64,000 nt of DNA from Candidatus Poribacteria bacterium (GTDB lineage Bacteria > Poribacteria > WGA-4E > WGA-3G): NCBI GenBank assembly GCA_965205015.1, contig OZ242029.1, positions 640,001-704,000 on the forward strand. Direction: 5' to 3'. This document shows positions 47,522-56,360 of this stretch, in pieces (positions within the stretch are counted from its first letter, which is position 1; each line of letters starts with the position of its first letter). The notes under the pieces were generated by a model. It ran no database searches. It was not told where the DNA came from and worked only from the letters and a program-made list of their open reading frames with translations. The position numbers and the translations under genes were made by a program.

Positions 47522-47986
47522 TTGCTACATGATAAAGGATTAATAGAAATGTTAGACAAAATTTTTGATAGTATTGTTGGATTTATGCTTAATCGAGACT
47601 TGGAAAAAGCGATCGGCATTCGGCATAATTTATTGAAAGGTAAAGTGGTACAGATCCCCTCAAAAATCTTAGACAGATTCATAGATTTTATGATAAGCAC
47701 TCGGTACTCTTACTACTTAAAGATGCGAAGCAATATGCTCGAGGGAGGTGTTGTTGAGATGCCTTCAAATATCTTCGACTGGAAAGCACTTGAACGCGCC
47801 AGTGGTTATCTACGCGTCTATATGGAAGAGTGCCACGATCAGTTCAAGGAAGAGTATGACGGAAATTTTCTCGATGAAGATTTTAAAGAATGGTTCCGTC
47901 ATTTTCATATTGAACGTCCGGCGCGTAAAGCGGCGAAAAAATCTGTTTCCGAGGCATTACTCGCGGACGACCTACCAAGGGTTTGA
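47522..47986 (+). CDS. Hypothetical protein with internal ~35-aa repeats
   Basis: AT-rich ORF with its own promoter; family not recognised. Confidence 0.55.
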   Translation: MLHDKGLIEMLDKIFDSIVGFMLNRDLEKAIGIRHNLLKGKVVQIPSKILDRFIDFMISTRYSYYLKMRSNMLEGGVVEMPSNIFDWKALERASGYLRVYMEECHDQFKEEYDGNFLDEDFKEWFRHFHIERPARKAAKKSVSEALLADDLPRV

Positions 47987-48022
47987 GGTTAAAGTTCTAA
48001 GATGCCGGATTTGGCGAGAGGT

Positions 48023-48763
48023 TCAGACCGGCATCTCATCATAAGTCCGTTTATCCAACTCCCGTCCTGTTTTCAATTTGCGTTTGCCACCCCACTGTTT
48101 AAAGAAAAACGGGACTTTGGCATCCACACACTGATCCCGGATGTCAATGACCCATTCCTTCTGCATTTCGCGGGCACCGGGACCGGACTCACCGCCCACA
48201 ATAACCCAGTCTATTCCCTCCAACGCCAAATTTGGGAGGGCACCCAATAGTGGTTCGAGTGAGAGAAATTTGATCTGCGCACCGGTTTGACAGAGCGCGT
48301 CAATCCGATGTGTCACGCGATTGTCTTCAACGCTAACCCCCATCCAGACATTCGAGGGCCATGGCAACTTCGGACTGAATTCCAGTAGTTGTTCGGATCG
48401 CTTCGTTAAGACTTGGAATTGGTGCCAATGCGCCCTTTCCATTACAGAAAAAACCTTCTGAATGTAGGACAACTCGATCTTTTCATGAAACAGGTCGCTC
48501 ATGGAGTTGACGAAGATTCGACGCGGTGTTTTCCACTTCAGCGGTTCGTTAAGCAGCTTCGGAACAGGGCGTACCTCTTTTGTCCACCGCGGTCCTGCCT
48601 CGGTATTCTCAGCCAAACCTTCGTAAGCCATACCTCTGCCGGAAAACCGCGCTGCTATCCGTTCGGCGTAACAGAACCGACAGCCCTCGGAAACACGGGT
48701 GCACCCACGCACAGGATTCCATGTGGATTCTGTCCACTCGATTTTTGAGGATTGAGTTGCCAT
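48023..48763 (-). CDS. DUF5131 / phage Gp37-Gp68 family three-Cys protein
   Basis: IEWTESTWNP..GC..VS.GC.FCYA, FVNSMSDLFH, LTKR, IVGGESG, FFFKQWG. Confidence 0.93.
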   Translation of the reverse strand: MATQSSKIEWTESTWNPVRGCTRVSEGCRFCYAERIAARFSGRGMAYEGLAENTEAGPRWTKEVRPVPKLLNEPLKWKTPRRIFVNSMSDLFHEKIELSYIQKVFSVMERAHWHQFQVLTKRSEQLLEFSPKLPWPSNVWMGVSVEDNRVTHRIDALCQTGAQIKFLSLEPLLGALPNLALEGIDWVIVGGESGPGAREMQKEWVIDIRDQCVDAKVPFFFKQWGGKRKLKTGRELDKRTYDEMPV

Positions 48764-48805
48764 TGGTTCACCTCTTATCCTAAGAGCGTTAGCTGTTAAG
48801 TCATG

Positions 48806-50428
48806 TCAAGTTAATTCTCTATTTTTTCTAAAATGATAGATAAAGCCGATAAGCCCACCCACAACCGTGACGCAATAGAAACCGTAATACAACCATAGAC
48901 TCAGCCAGAATGTCAAGAGTTGGATACCCGTGAAGGCGACAATGACGAAGAGACTTGCGAGAAAAGGGATTAACCCTGCACCCGCTATCTGACTTTGGAT
49001 GAATTCTCGGGCAAGTGGCAAGCCAGCGGACGGTTTTGGGAAAAGAATGACATAGTAGAGTAAAACGGTTAAGCAGGGCAAAACGTAAAATATACCTAAA
49101 ACTCCCCAAATAAGGGTGGCACTGCCAAACATCAAGAGCATACATGGCACCACAATGTAGAGAAGGGCGGTTATCTGGACACCTCGCCACAAGTCATTAG
49201 GGGCTGAAAGTGGCGCGAGCCTTAACATCCAAGACGCTTTCCAATGTTCTGAATATCTCACTGGTAAAATAAAACTGCTAACAATGCCCGTTCCGATACA
49301 GTAGAATATACCAGAGAAACCTGGACTGAGACCAATAGCGTCGGAGTGATGGGGCCATGTCAGATAAGACGAGCTGTCTCGAAGCAATAACACCACCAAC
49401 ATAATCATACTCCCAAGCGAGGCAAAAAACTGGCGTAATAGATGTTTATCGCGGCGCAGATACACAAAGGAGAGACACATCCCCGCACGGATCGTCCGGT
49501 TTCGGGACATTCGCGCAAACAGTGGCGTTTTCACCTGAAGTTTAGATCTTCGCCTGCTGCCCGATTCCAGTAGATAAGAGAGGTATTCTGAATAACTCTT
49601 TGCGATGCTGCGAAGCGGAACGAACACCAAAAAGAGGGTTGAAGCAATAGCGAATCCCGCTAAAATCAGAAAATGTCGCTCTATTTGTCCGAGCGCGAGT
49701 GAGACTGTTCCAGCGAACCAACCGTTCGGAAGTGCGTAGAACCATTTTAGGGCAGATGTTATTTTATCCTTTGGAATACTTGGTAATAGATGCGGAAAGA
49801 TGACCAACATTGCGGGAAAGAGAGTGGGAAATATAAACTGGGCGTATTGCGCGATATTTCTGAGGGTCTGTTTGGTATATAGTTTTGTCAAATAACCTGC
49901 GAAAGTCGTCATCACGCCGATTGTGAAAAGACCGGACATAAAGACGATCGGTAGGTAAACAAGAGGAAAAAGAAATTGGAACTGAGAAGATTCCTCTGCT
50001 CGAACCCAAATACCACCGATCGCAGGCATCAGGTTTAGACAGGCTAACAACCAGATAGTGTAGGTAACAACCTGCGTTAACTTCACAAGGAAGTAAGTCC
50101 GAGATGACACTGGCGTATGTGCAATAACGAGATAGTTTATAGGACTGAGAAGAATATCAAAGTATGGAATAGTCCAGATGCCTATCATCATCATAGACAT
50201 TGTTATGCCCGTAAGCGCGTAGGCGAATGTATCCATCGGAAGCAGGAAGGGCATAGCCGTAAGTAAGACACTGATTATGAAACAGACAGCGCAGGTCAAA
50301 GTAAGCGATAGGTGCGGGAGGCCATCTTTTCGTTCAAGAGCCCGCTTCTCCACGGTCTTCTCTATTTCTAAAAGGTATCTGTACTGAGTTGGCGAGGCAC
50401 CGAACATTACCGCGATCTTCTCAAACAT
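48806..50428 (-). CDS. ABC exporter permease
   Basis: Multi-TM; overlaps the ABC ATPase gene. Confidence 0.75.
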   Translation of the reverse strand: MFEKIAVMFGASPTQYRYLLEIEKTVEKRALERKDGLPHLSLTLTCAVCFIISVLLTAMPFLLPMDTFAYALTGITMSMMMIGIWTIPYFDILLSPINYLVIAHTPVSSRTYFLVKLTQVVTYTIWLLACLNLMPAIGGIWVRAEESSQFQFLFPLVYLPIVFMSGLFTIGVMTTFAGYLTKLYTKQTLRNIAQYAQFIFPTLFPAMLVIFPHLLPSIPKDKITSALKWFYALPNGWFAGTVSLALGQIERHFLILAGFAIASTLFLVFVPLRSIAKSYSEYLSYLLESGSRRRSKLQVKTPLFARMSRNRTIRAGMCLSFVYLRRDKHLLRQFFASLGSMIMLVVLLLRDSSSYLTWPHHSDAIGLSPGFSGIFYCIGTGIVSSFILPVRYSEHWKASWMLRLAPLSAPNDLWRGVQITALLYIVVPCMLLMFGSATLIWGVLGIFYVLPCLTVLLYYVILFPKPSAGLPLAREFIQSQIAGAGLIPFLASLFVIVAFTGIQLLTFWLSLWLYYGFYCVTVVGGLIGFIYHFRKNRELT

Positions 50429-51200
50429 CCGCGGTGCCCTCCATCACAATCCGAATGGCTTCCTCGGTTTTCTCGTCGATTCCTGTCGTTTCTGTCAGTT
50501 GCGTGAAAATCTCGTTGAGTGCCGTCTGATTCGTCTGCTGGCGTAATTCTGCCACCGGTGCATCGGCGATGAGTTTTCCGGCGTTGATAATCATAATTCG
50601 TGGACAGAGGGTCTCAGCAACTTCGAGAATATGTGTACAGTAGAGGATGGTTTTTCCCAACTCGGCTAAGCGTTGTAGCACCGTCTTCATGAACGTCACG
50701 GTCGTTACATCCAGATTGGTAAAGGGTTCATCTAAAAAGAGGACATCCGGGTTGTGCAGCAGCGCAGACATGATGAGGCACTTTTGACGCATGCCTTGCG
50801 AGAAACCGCTTATTCTTTGGTTCGCCTGCGCTTCCATGTCAAATAGTCTCGCCAAGTCTTTTATTTTTTGAGCGATTAACTTTTCTTCCACCTGATAGAG
50901 TCTGCCTATTAATTGGAGGTGTTCTACCAAGGTGAGGTGTTCGTAGAGTTGCGCCTCTTCTGGAACGTATCCGATACGCTGTTTGAGTTCCAGCAGTTCG
51001 GTTGCGGCGTTGTATCCCGCCACCGAGATATCACCGGATGTCGGTTGAAGCAAGCCGACGAGCATTTTAAGGGTTGTACTCTTTCCGGCGCCATTGGGAC
51101 CGAGATACCCGACGATTTCCCCTTGTTGAATGTCGAAGCTAATGTCATCAACTGCCGTAGTTTGCCCATATTTTTTGGTGAGATGCGAAACGCGAATCAT
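50421..51200 (-). CDS. ABC transporter ATP-binding protein
   Basis: GPNGAGKST, FSQGM, LFLDEP, H-loop. Confidence 0.95.
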   Translation of the reverse strand: MIRVSHLTKKYGQTTAVDDISFDIQQGEIVGYLGPNGAGKSTTLKMLVGLLQPTSGDISVAGYNAATELLELKQRIGYVPEEAQLYEHLTLVEHLQLIGRLYQVEEKLIAQKIKDLARLFDMEAQANQRISGFSQGMRQKCLIMSALLHNPDVLFLDEPFTNLDVTTVTFMKTVLQRLAELGKTILYCTHILEVAETLCPRIMIINAGKLIADAPVAELRQQTNQTALNEIFTQLTETTGIDEKTEEAIRIVMEGTADV

Positions 51201-51220
51201 GTCTTTATTTGTCCTTGAAA

Positions 51221-51308
51221 GTAGTTGTCAGCAATCAGCAGTCAGCGGTCAGGATGCCTTCGCGAGCAGAACTCGCTCCTACAGAAAAAGGTATCAGTAG
51301 ACAGTCGT
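51221..51308. repeat. Family A arm plus GTAG REP half-site
   Basis: GTTGTCAGCAATCAGCAGTCAGCGGTCAG followed by CGCGAGCAGAACTCGCTCCTAC. Confidence 0.65.
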
Positions 51309-51379
51309 TTCAATTTCTGCTATCATATTTAGACATTCCTATTCACCCCGATTTCTTAAGGCGATAAAGGAGCATACGC

Positions 51380-52195
51380 ATGGAATTCGTCCAACTGACA
51401 GACGCACAACGTGAGGAATTTGAGAAAAACGGATACTTCATCGTGCGGTCGGTACTTGACAGCGATATGATAGATCGCTTGACCGAGGCAGGAGACCGAC
51501 TCATGGAGTCGTTTGAATATAACGGCTACTATGCGCATAAGCGGGACGGTTTGGTGCAGGAGCCTGTCTTCGCGGAACTCACATCACAGACAACAGCGAT
51601 TCCCTTAATCATCCAACTGCTCGGCACAAATATCCATATCACGAATACCGCGCTCATCTACAAACATCCGCAACCGCCTGAGAAACTGGAGAGCCGTGGA
51701 TGGCATCGAGATGCGGGCATATTTTTAGACCTCGGATACAAGAATTGCCCACGCGTCGGCTTGAAAGTAGGCTACTGTTTGACGGATTTCACCGTGCCGA
51801 ATTCTGGTGGGACCCTGTTTGTTCCAAAAAGCCATCTATCCGACGAACCGTTGGGTATCCCCGAAGGCGAAATTGATCCAATCGAACCCTGCGATGAACC
51901 CGTTTTGCGTGCAGGCGATGCGTTTTTCTTTGAAAACCGTATCTACCATACCGCCGGTGTCAACTTTACAGAGAATGTCGCTAAAGTCGTTATCTACGGA
52001 TATCACTACGCATGGCTCAAGCCGGAACCTTATTTATTATATTACAACGACACACTCCAACCTGAAGCGTTGGTAATGGAGAATCTTGACGATCTTGGCA
52101 ATCAATTTCTCGGTGGCGGCGGGGGTGCAGCGGCGGAGTGGGCAGCAGCACATAATTTGCAGTTTGAGGAAGTCCCACACGTTGTGACAATCTGA
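51380..52195 (+). CDS. PhyH family dioxygenase
   Basis: WHRD, G.T.FVP.SH, AGDAFFF....YH; SD AAGGAG. Confidence 0.9.
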   Translation: MEFVQLTDAQREEFEKNGYFIVRSVLDSDMIDRLTEAGDRLMESFEYNGYYAHKRDGLVQEPVFAELTSQTTAIPLIIQLLGTNIHITNTALIYKHPQPPEKLESRGWHRDAGIFLDLGYKNCPRVGLKVGYCLTDFTVPNSGGTLFVPKSHLSDEPLGIPEGEIDPIEPCDEPVLRAGDAFFFENRIYHTAGVNFTENVAKVVIYGYHYAWLKPEPYLLYYNDTLQPEALVMENLDDLGNQFLGGGGGAAAEWAAAHNLQFEEVPHVVTI

Positions 52196-52209
52196 TGGCC
52201 ATCCGGATT

Positions 52210-53289
52210 TTAAAACTGATAGAGGGCGCGAGCGTTTTCTGCCATGATTTTGTGTCTGAGTGCTGGTGAGAGGCTTTTCGGCAGTGCTTGATCGGGAGAA
52301 TCGAAGTCCCAGTGCGGATAATCGGTTGCGAACATCAACCTATCATCCAAATCGAGTTGCGCGAGCAGTTGATCGAAGTATTCCTGTTTAGGTGGCTCCT
52401 CAATCGGCTGCGTTGTAATCCAGAAATGATCCTGGATGTACTCAGAAGGCAATCGTTTCAGCTCCGGCACCTCATCGTGTAGTTTTTTCCATGCCCGATC
52501 CAATCGCCACATCAACGGGGGTAGCCACGCGAAACCGCCCTCAATGAGAACGACCTTGAGTGTCGGGAATTGTTCAAAGACTCCTTCGCAAACGAGGCTG
52601 GTTACCTGCGTCTGAAACGCCTGTGTCATTCCGGCGTGGTCTTCAATGTAGTGTGAGGGTCTACCGACAGCGGTAATCGGTCCTACACCAACACCGGTGA
52701 AATGGATGCCGATCGGGAGGTCATGTTGGACTGCCGCTTCATACATCTTCCAGTATCTCCGTCTTCCTAAAGGTTCCATCGTGCGAGCGAGCAGCAGTAT
52801 TTGCACGAACCCCGGATGGTCTGCCACTCTATTGATCTCGGCGGTGGCGAATTCTGCGTCGTCGCAGGCGACGATGATGGAGGCACGGAGCCTCGGTTCT
52901 TTTTCAAGCCACTCTTCGATCTGCCAGTCGTTCACGGCACGTGCCCACGCCGCGGCGAATGCGAGATTGGGCATCTCACAGACCGGGGTCAAGCAGTTGA
53001 GGATACCGTATTCGATGTTGAATGCGTCCAGGAGCTGCTCACGCAGGAAATCGAGATCGGAGCCGGGACGGTGTCCGGAGGGTGTCCACGCATCGTATCT
53101 CGCACCGAAGGGGTGAGCGCGCGGGATATATGCGCCGACGCGGTCGGTTGTCCCGACCATACCGTGATGCTTGCGCCACCGTTCGGAGAGATACGGGTAC
53201 AACACCGTCTCGGAAGCGAGGGTGTTATGCACATCACAGTCGATAACGGATGGTCTCCGCCGTTGTTCAAGTGTCTCTGTCTTTGCCAT
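52210..53289 (-). CDS. Amidohydro_2 TIM-barrel protein with DxH motif (possible dinuclear oxygenase subunit)
   Basis: VIDCDVH, IH, IEGG..W, FATDYPHWD. Confidence 0.88.
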   Translation of the reverse strand: MAKTETLEQRRRPSVIDCDVHNTLASETVLYPYLSERWRKHHGMVGTTDRVGAYIPRAHPFGARYDAWTPSGHRPGSDLDFLREQLLDAFNIEYGILNCLTPVCEMPNLAFAAAWARAVNDWQIEEWLEKEPRLRASIIVACDDAEFATAEINRVADHPGFVQILLLARTMEPLGRRRYWKMYEAAVQHDLPIGIHFTGVGVGPITAVGRPSHYIEDHAGMTQAFQTQVTSLVCEGVFEQFPTLKVVLIEGGFAWLPPLMWRLDRAWKKLHDEVPELKRLPSEYIQDHFWITTQPIEEPPKQEYFDQLLAQLDLDDRLMFATDYPHWDFDSPDQALPKSLSPALRHKIMAENARALYQF

Positions 53290-53354
53290 CTTTATTGTCC
53301 TCGCCAGTGGGGTGAATTTAGCAAATAAACACGGATAATATCTCTGATAATCTC

Positions 53355-53386
53355 ATGGTGGTTCATGTAAATGGTGGTTCATGTAA
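53355..53386. repeat. Perfect 16-bp tandem duplication
   Basis: ATGGTGGTTCATGTAA x2. Confidence 0.9.
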
Positions 53387-53494
53387 AAAGTATGCGCTAT
53401 TGTTTTTACTGAAAGCAGTGGTCACGCGGGTTTTACTTTTTCATTTGCACAAAGTCTTTACATGAGCCTCCCATGGTTTATCAACTTAATCATT

Positions 53495-54535
53495 TCAGAC
53501 AATGTCCACGGTCAGTGGCTCACCAAGATCCGCAGCAATTTCATCAAGAAGGATTTTTTTCTTCTTAGTGCTATTGTGAGTCATTATGTAATATGGTCCG
53601 GATTGGCGTTGGATATATTTGTCATCTTTGTAGGTTGATATGAGAGGGATGATGTCTTCTTTGTTCAGATCCTTTACCCGCTTTATTCCTAATTTTTCAA
53701 TTACTTCAGTGAAGGTGGTTGCTGCATTGTTATGATCAATCACTGCTCCATTAGGCATAGTAACAACAAGACGTGTCTGCGGTGCCTTCTGTGTTCTACG
53801 CGTCCGAGGTTGTGTCGGTTGCACAGATGGAACAGATGGAGAGAAAACTTCTCGCCGGTCCAGTTCGGTTTCCCTCTTTAGGCTTTTTAGAAAACTTAAT
53901 ACTTGTTCATCGGACGGTCTATACCCACACAGGCTTTCGGTTTTCTCTGCCACGGCATGTAGCAAAAACTCATCTGCTTCCTCCACTAATTTGCTCCATG
54001 CTTCTGGTAACCGTGTTGCAACCTGTCTTTGCTGAACGACCTCCTCATAGTCCTTCTTGATGGTCCCAACAGCTTCATCCGTACGTATTGACTCGTAATT
54101 CAGATATCTGTTAATCCTTTCAGCATTTTCCTGACTATCTCCTGTGATAAGGTCAAATTCACAGACTTTACGTTCTGCCCACGTTCCTTCTCCTGTTGGG
54201 TGAAAAAATTGCCATTCCCGACCATCAGTAAGAACCGCGATTGGCACTCTAATGCGAGAATCATAGCCGAACAATTGTTCCTCTGCTCCTTTAATGTTAC
54301 CAACTTGTTTCGCCTCAATAAAGACGCGAGGTGTTGACGAAGGATGGCAAAGTGCGTAGTCCACATGACCGCTCCCGACGGGATATTCAGGAAAAACAAT
54401 CAGAGTATCGTCCGTCGGCCAACCCAAACTTCTAAGGAGAGGATCTACAATACCTTGACGAACTGCAGTTTCACTTTTAAAAATATTTTGTTCCAAACGC
54501 TTGCATATATCCTCAATATGCCTCTTAAGTGCCAT
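53495..54535 (-). CDS. HsdR_N-like PD-(D/E)xK restriction nuclease domain protein
   Basis: ETAVR...DPLL..LGW, PEY, VDYAL, IEAK, QL..Y, LTDG.EW. Confidence 0.82.
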   Translation of the reverse strand: MALKRHIEDICKRLEQNIFKSETAVRQGIVDPLLRSLGWPTDDTLIVFPEYPVGSGHVDYALCHPSSTPRVFIEAKQVGNIKGAEEQLFGYDSRIRVPIAVLTDGREWQFFHPTGEGTWAERKVCEFDLITGDSQENAERINRYLNYESIRTDEAVGTIKKDYEEVVQQRQVATRLPEAWSKLVEEADEFLLHAVAEKTESLCGYRPSDEQVLSFLKSLKRETELDRREVFSPSVPSVQPTQPRTRRTQKAPQTRLVVTMPNGAVIDHNNAATTFTEVIEKLGIKRVKDLNKEDIIPLISTYKDDKYIQRQSGPYYIMTHNSTKKKKILLDEIAADLGEPLTVDIV

Positions 54536-54651
54536 TGCTTAACAAATCATTCCTTTCAATTCCAATGAAAAATTTAGGGATAATGGGACTTACTGAAAAC
54601 CTTCCTACAACTCAAGACTTGCTTCAAAGTGAAGGAAGCAGTCGTGGGTAT

Positions 54652-54852
54652 TCATTGAATGCTTTGAATCAACCGCATACTACTGCGAATCCATTCATTC
54701 ACCAGTTCCTCAACATCCTTACCCGTCTCATCAGCGAGTTTACGCATGAATTCATCAACGTCCTTCTCTAAATAGATGGGGAGATTAAAAACGGCTTTTG
54801 GATCGTAGAACTTACCACGCTCCGCTTTTGAGAAGTCATATTCCGCTTTCAT
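54652..54852 (-). CDS. BrnA/CopG-like antitoxin, no cognate toxin adjacent
   Basis: MKAEYDFSKAERGKFY followed by an RHH-like region; SD GAGG. Confidence 0.8.
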   Translation of the reverse strand: MKAEYDFSKAERGKFYDPKAVFNLPIYLEKDVDEFMRKLADETGKDVEELVNEWIRSSMRLIQSIQ

Positions 54853-54898
54853 GGGTTAAATTCCTCGTAAAGAACTCATGGTCGATCCTAATTCCCTC

Positions 54899-54927
54899 AT
54901 TGTATCGGAGTTTTATCCAAATGTCAA
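54899..54927 (-). promoter_or_regulatory. Sigma70 promoter for the orphan antitoxin
   Basis: TTGACA-17 nt-TACAAT. Confidence 0.65.
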
Positions 54928-54956
54928 GAAAAATGCCGCGCCGACATCCATTGGAT

Positions 54957-55343
54957 TCACCATTCTCTACGTATCCCGTAAGCATCAAAGGCCGCGTCGG
55001 CACCAATTATCGGAAGATCTTCAACGAGTGCTTGCGCAATTATCAACCGGTCAAATGGATCTCGATGGTGAAAAGGTAAGGTGGTAAGTTTTGTCAGGCT
55101 ATCAACTGTGATGTCTAATATTTGAATACGATTGAAATAGAGTTGCTCTGGAAACAACCTCTCAAACGATTTATCTAAAACGAGTTTCCCTAAACTCACC
55201 TTAACGGCTATTTCCCAAAGGCTGACGATGCTGAGGAATTTTGAGTTACGTGGACTGTCGATTAGCTGTCGTGCTTTGTCACTGAGTTTTTTGTCACCCT
55301 GAAGAAACCAAAGCAGCGTATGTGTATCGAGCAAATATTTCAT
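54957..55343 (-). CDS. vapC: VapC PIN-domain toxin
   Basis: YLLDTHTLLW, SLWEI..K, HHRDPFDRLIIAQA, D..F..Y. Confidence 0.93.
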   Translation of the reverse strand: MKYLLDTHTLLWFLQGDKKLSDKARQLIDSPRNSKFLSIVSLWEIAVKVSLGKLVLDKSFERLFPEQLYFNRIQILDITVDSLTKLTTLPFHHRDPFDRLIIAQALVEDLPIIGADAAFDAYGIRREW

Positions 55344-56152
55344 TCTGTATACTCTTTGAAATCTGGAAGTTCATCGTCAAAATCTTCACTGACGTGAATA
55401 AGTCCTTTGGCACTCCCAAAGCCAACCCTTAACCAAGGCTCACAGAAAATGCTTTTCCATTCGTACTGATAGGTTGGCATCAAGGTATCTATTGATTCAG
55501 CGTGAAACAGAAAATGGTATTTGACATACGTCTGATCTAACAATTTAATGCAGTCATCTAACTCCTCGAAGGTAGGGACAGCTTCCGGCTCGCGCTTGTC
55601 CCAATGAGCAATCCGCTTATCAGCATATTCTCCATGTGTTTTTACGACAGATTCAAGTCGCGCTCGATCCTCTTTTACCATCTGTGGACAAACGTACTTC
55701 CCACTTGCATCTGCATATTGAGCGAATTCATCCATCTTTATGATTGTCTTTAATTCGGAAGAATCAGTAATCCCTACTGCTTCAACGGATGCCTTACCCA
55801 CCACTTGATCCAAGTCGGGTCCATTAGAATGCGGATGGCGGGAATTGAAGTAGCTGCGAGAGAGTTCTTCAGGATTTTCAGCAATTTCGCCAAGCAACCT
55901 TACAAAAGATATGCTATCCTTTTGCAATTCAGTTTGCCGATGGAGCCCAACTAATGCATGAGAAAGGTAAGTCCTCGCAAGATAGCCATAGAAAGCACTG
56001 GGTTTTTGGATACGTGAATTTTCGCGGATGATGTCTTGGACTTCCCAGAAGATGCTTGCATCTCGAACAAGTGCCAGAATTTCGTCGTGAATCGTCTCCA
56101 TCCATTTGAGCCACTTTTCCAATTTTTGACTTTTCTCAAATTTCTGATTCAT
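55340..56152 (-). CDS. HEPN/AbiU2-like protein fused to a VapB-type C-terminal tail
   Basis: SISF.RLL and DKRIAH motifs; tail FGSAKGLIHVSEDFDDELPDFKEY; ATGA overlap with vapC. Confidence 0.7.
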   Translation of the reverse strand: MNQKFEKSQKLEKWLKWMETIHDEILALVRDASIFWEVQDIIRENSRIQKPSAFYGYLARTYLSHALVGLHRQTELQKDSISFVRLLGEIAENPEELSRSYFNSRHPHSNGPDLDQVVGKASVEAVGITDSSELKTIIKMDEFAQYADASGKYVCPQMVKEDRARLESVVKTHGEYADKRIAHWDKREPEAVPTFEELDDCIKLLDQTYVKYHFLFHAESIDTLMPTYQYEWKSIFCEPWLRVGFGSAKGLIHVSEDFDDELPDFKEYTE

Positions 56153-56234
56153 TTTAGAGGCCTCCTAAATCGCCAATACCTTCACCAGAAAATATTGACA
56201 TAAGACTTTGACATTGCGAGACTTCATTGTTTTA

Positions 56235-56263
56235 AGTATATCATGAATTTTACGAACTGTCAA
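56235..56263 (-). promoter_or_regulatory. Sigma70 promoter for the HEPN-like/vapC operon
   Basis: TTGACA-17 nt-TATACT with TG extension. Confidence 0.7.
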
Positions 56264-56360
56264 TCTTTGAAGGAAACCGGCAATCATGACTTAGAAAGAG
56301 GTTGACCCTATGAGGTACGCTTATTTCTCAATACTCAGGTTTGCGCACCTGTTGGTTTTC

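Noticed and set aside
48023-48763. Prophage suggested by the Gp37/Gp68 family gene
   Set aside because: No integrase, structural or replication phage genes nearby
5660-51308. Dispersed repeats as a CRISPR array
   Set aside because: No regularly spaced identical repeats with unique spacers, and no cas genes
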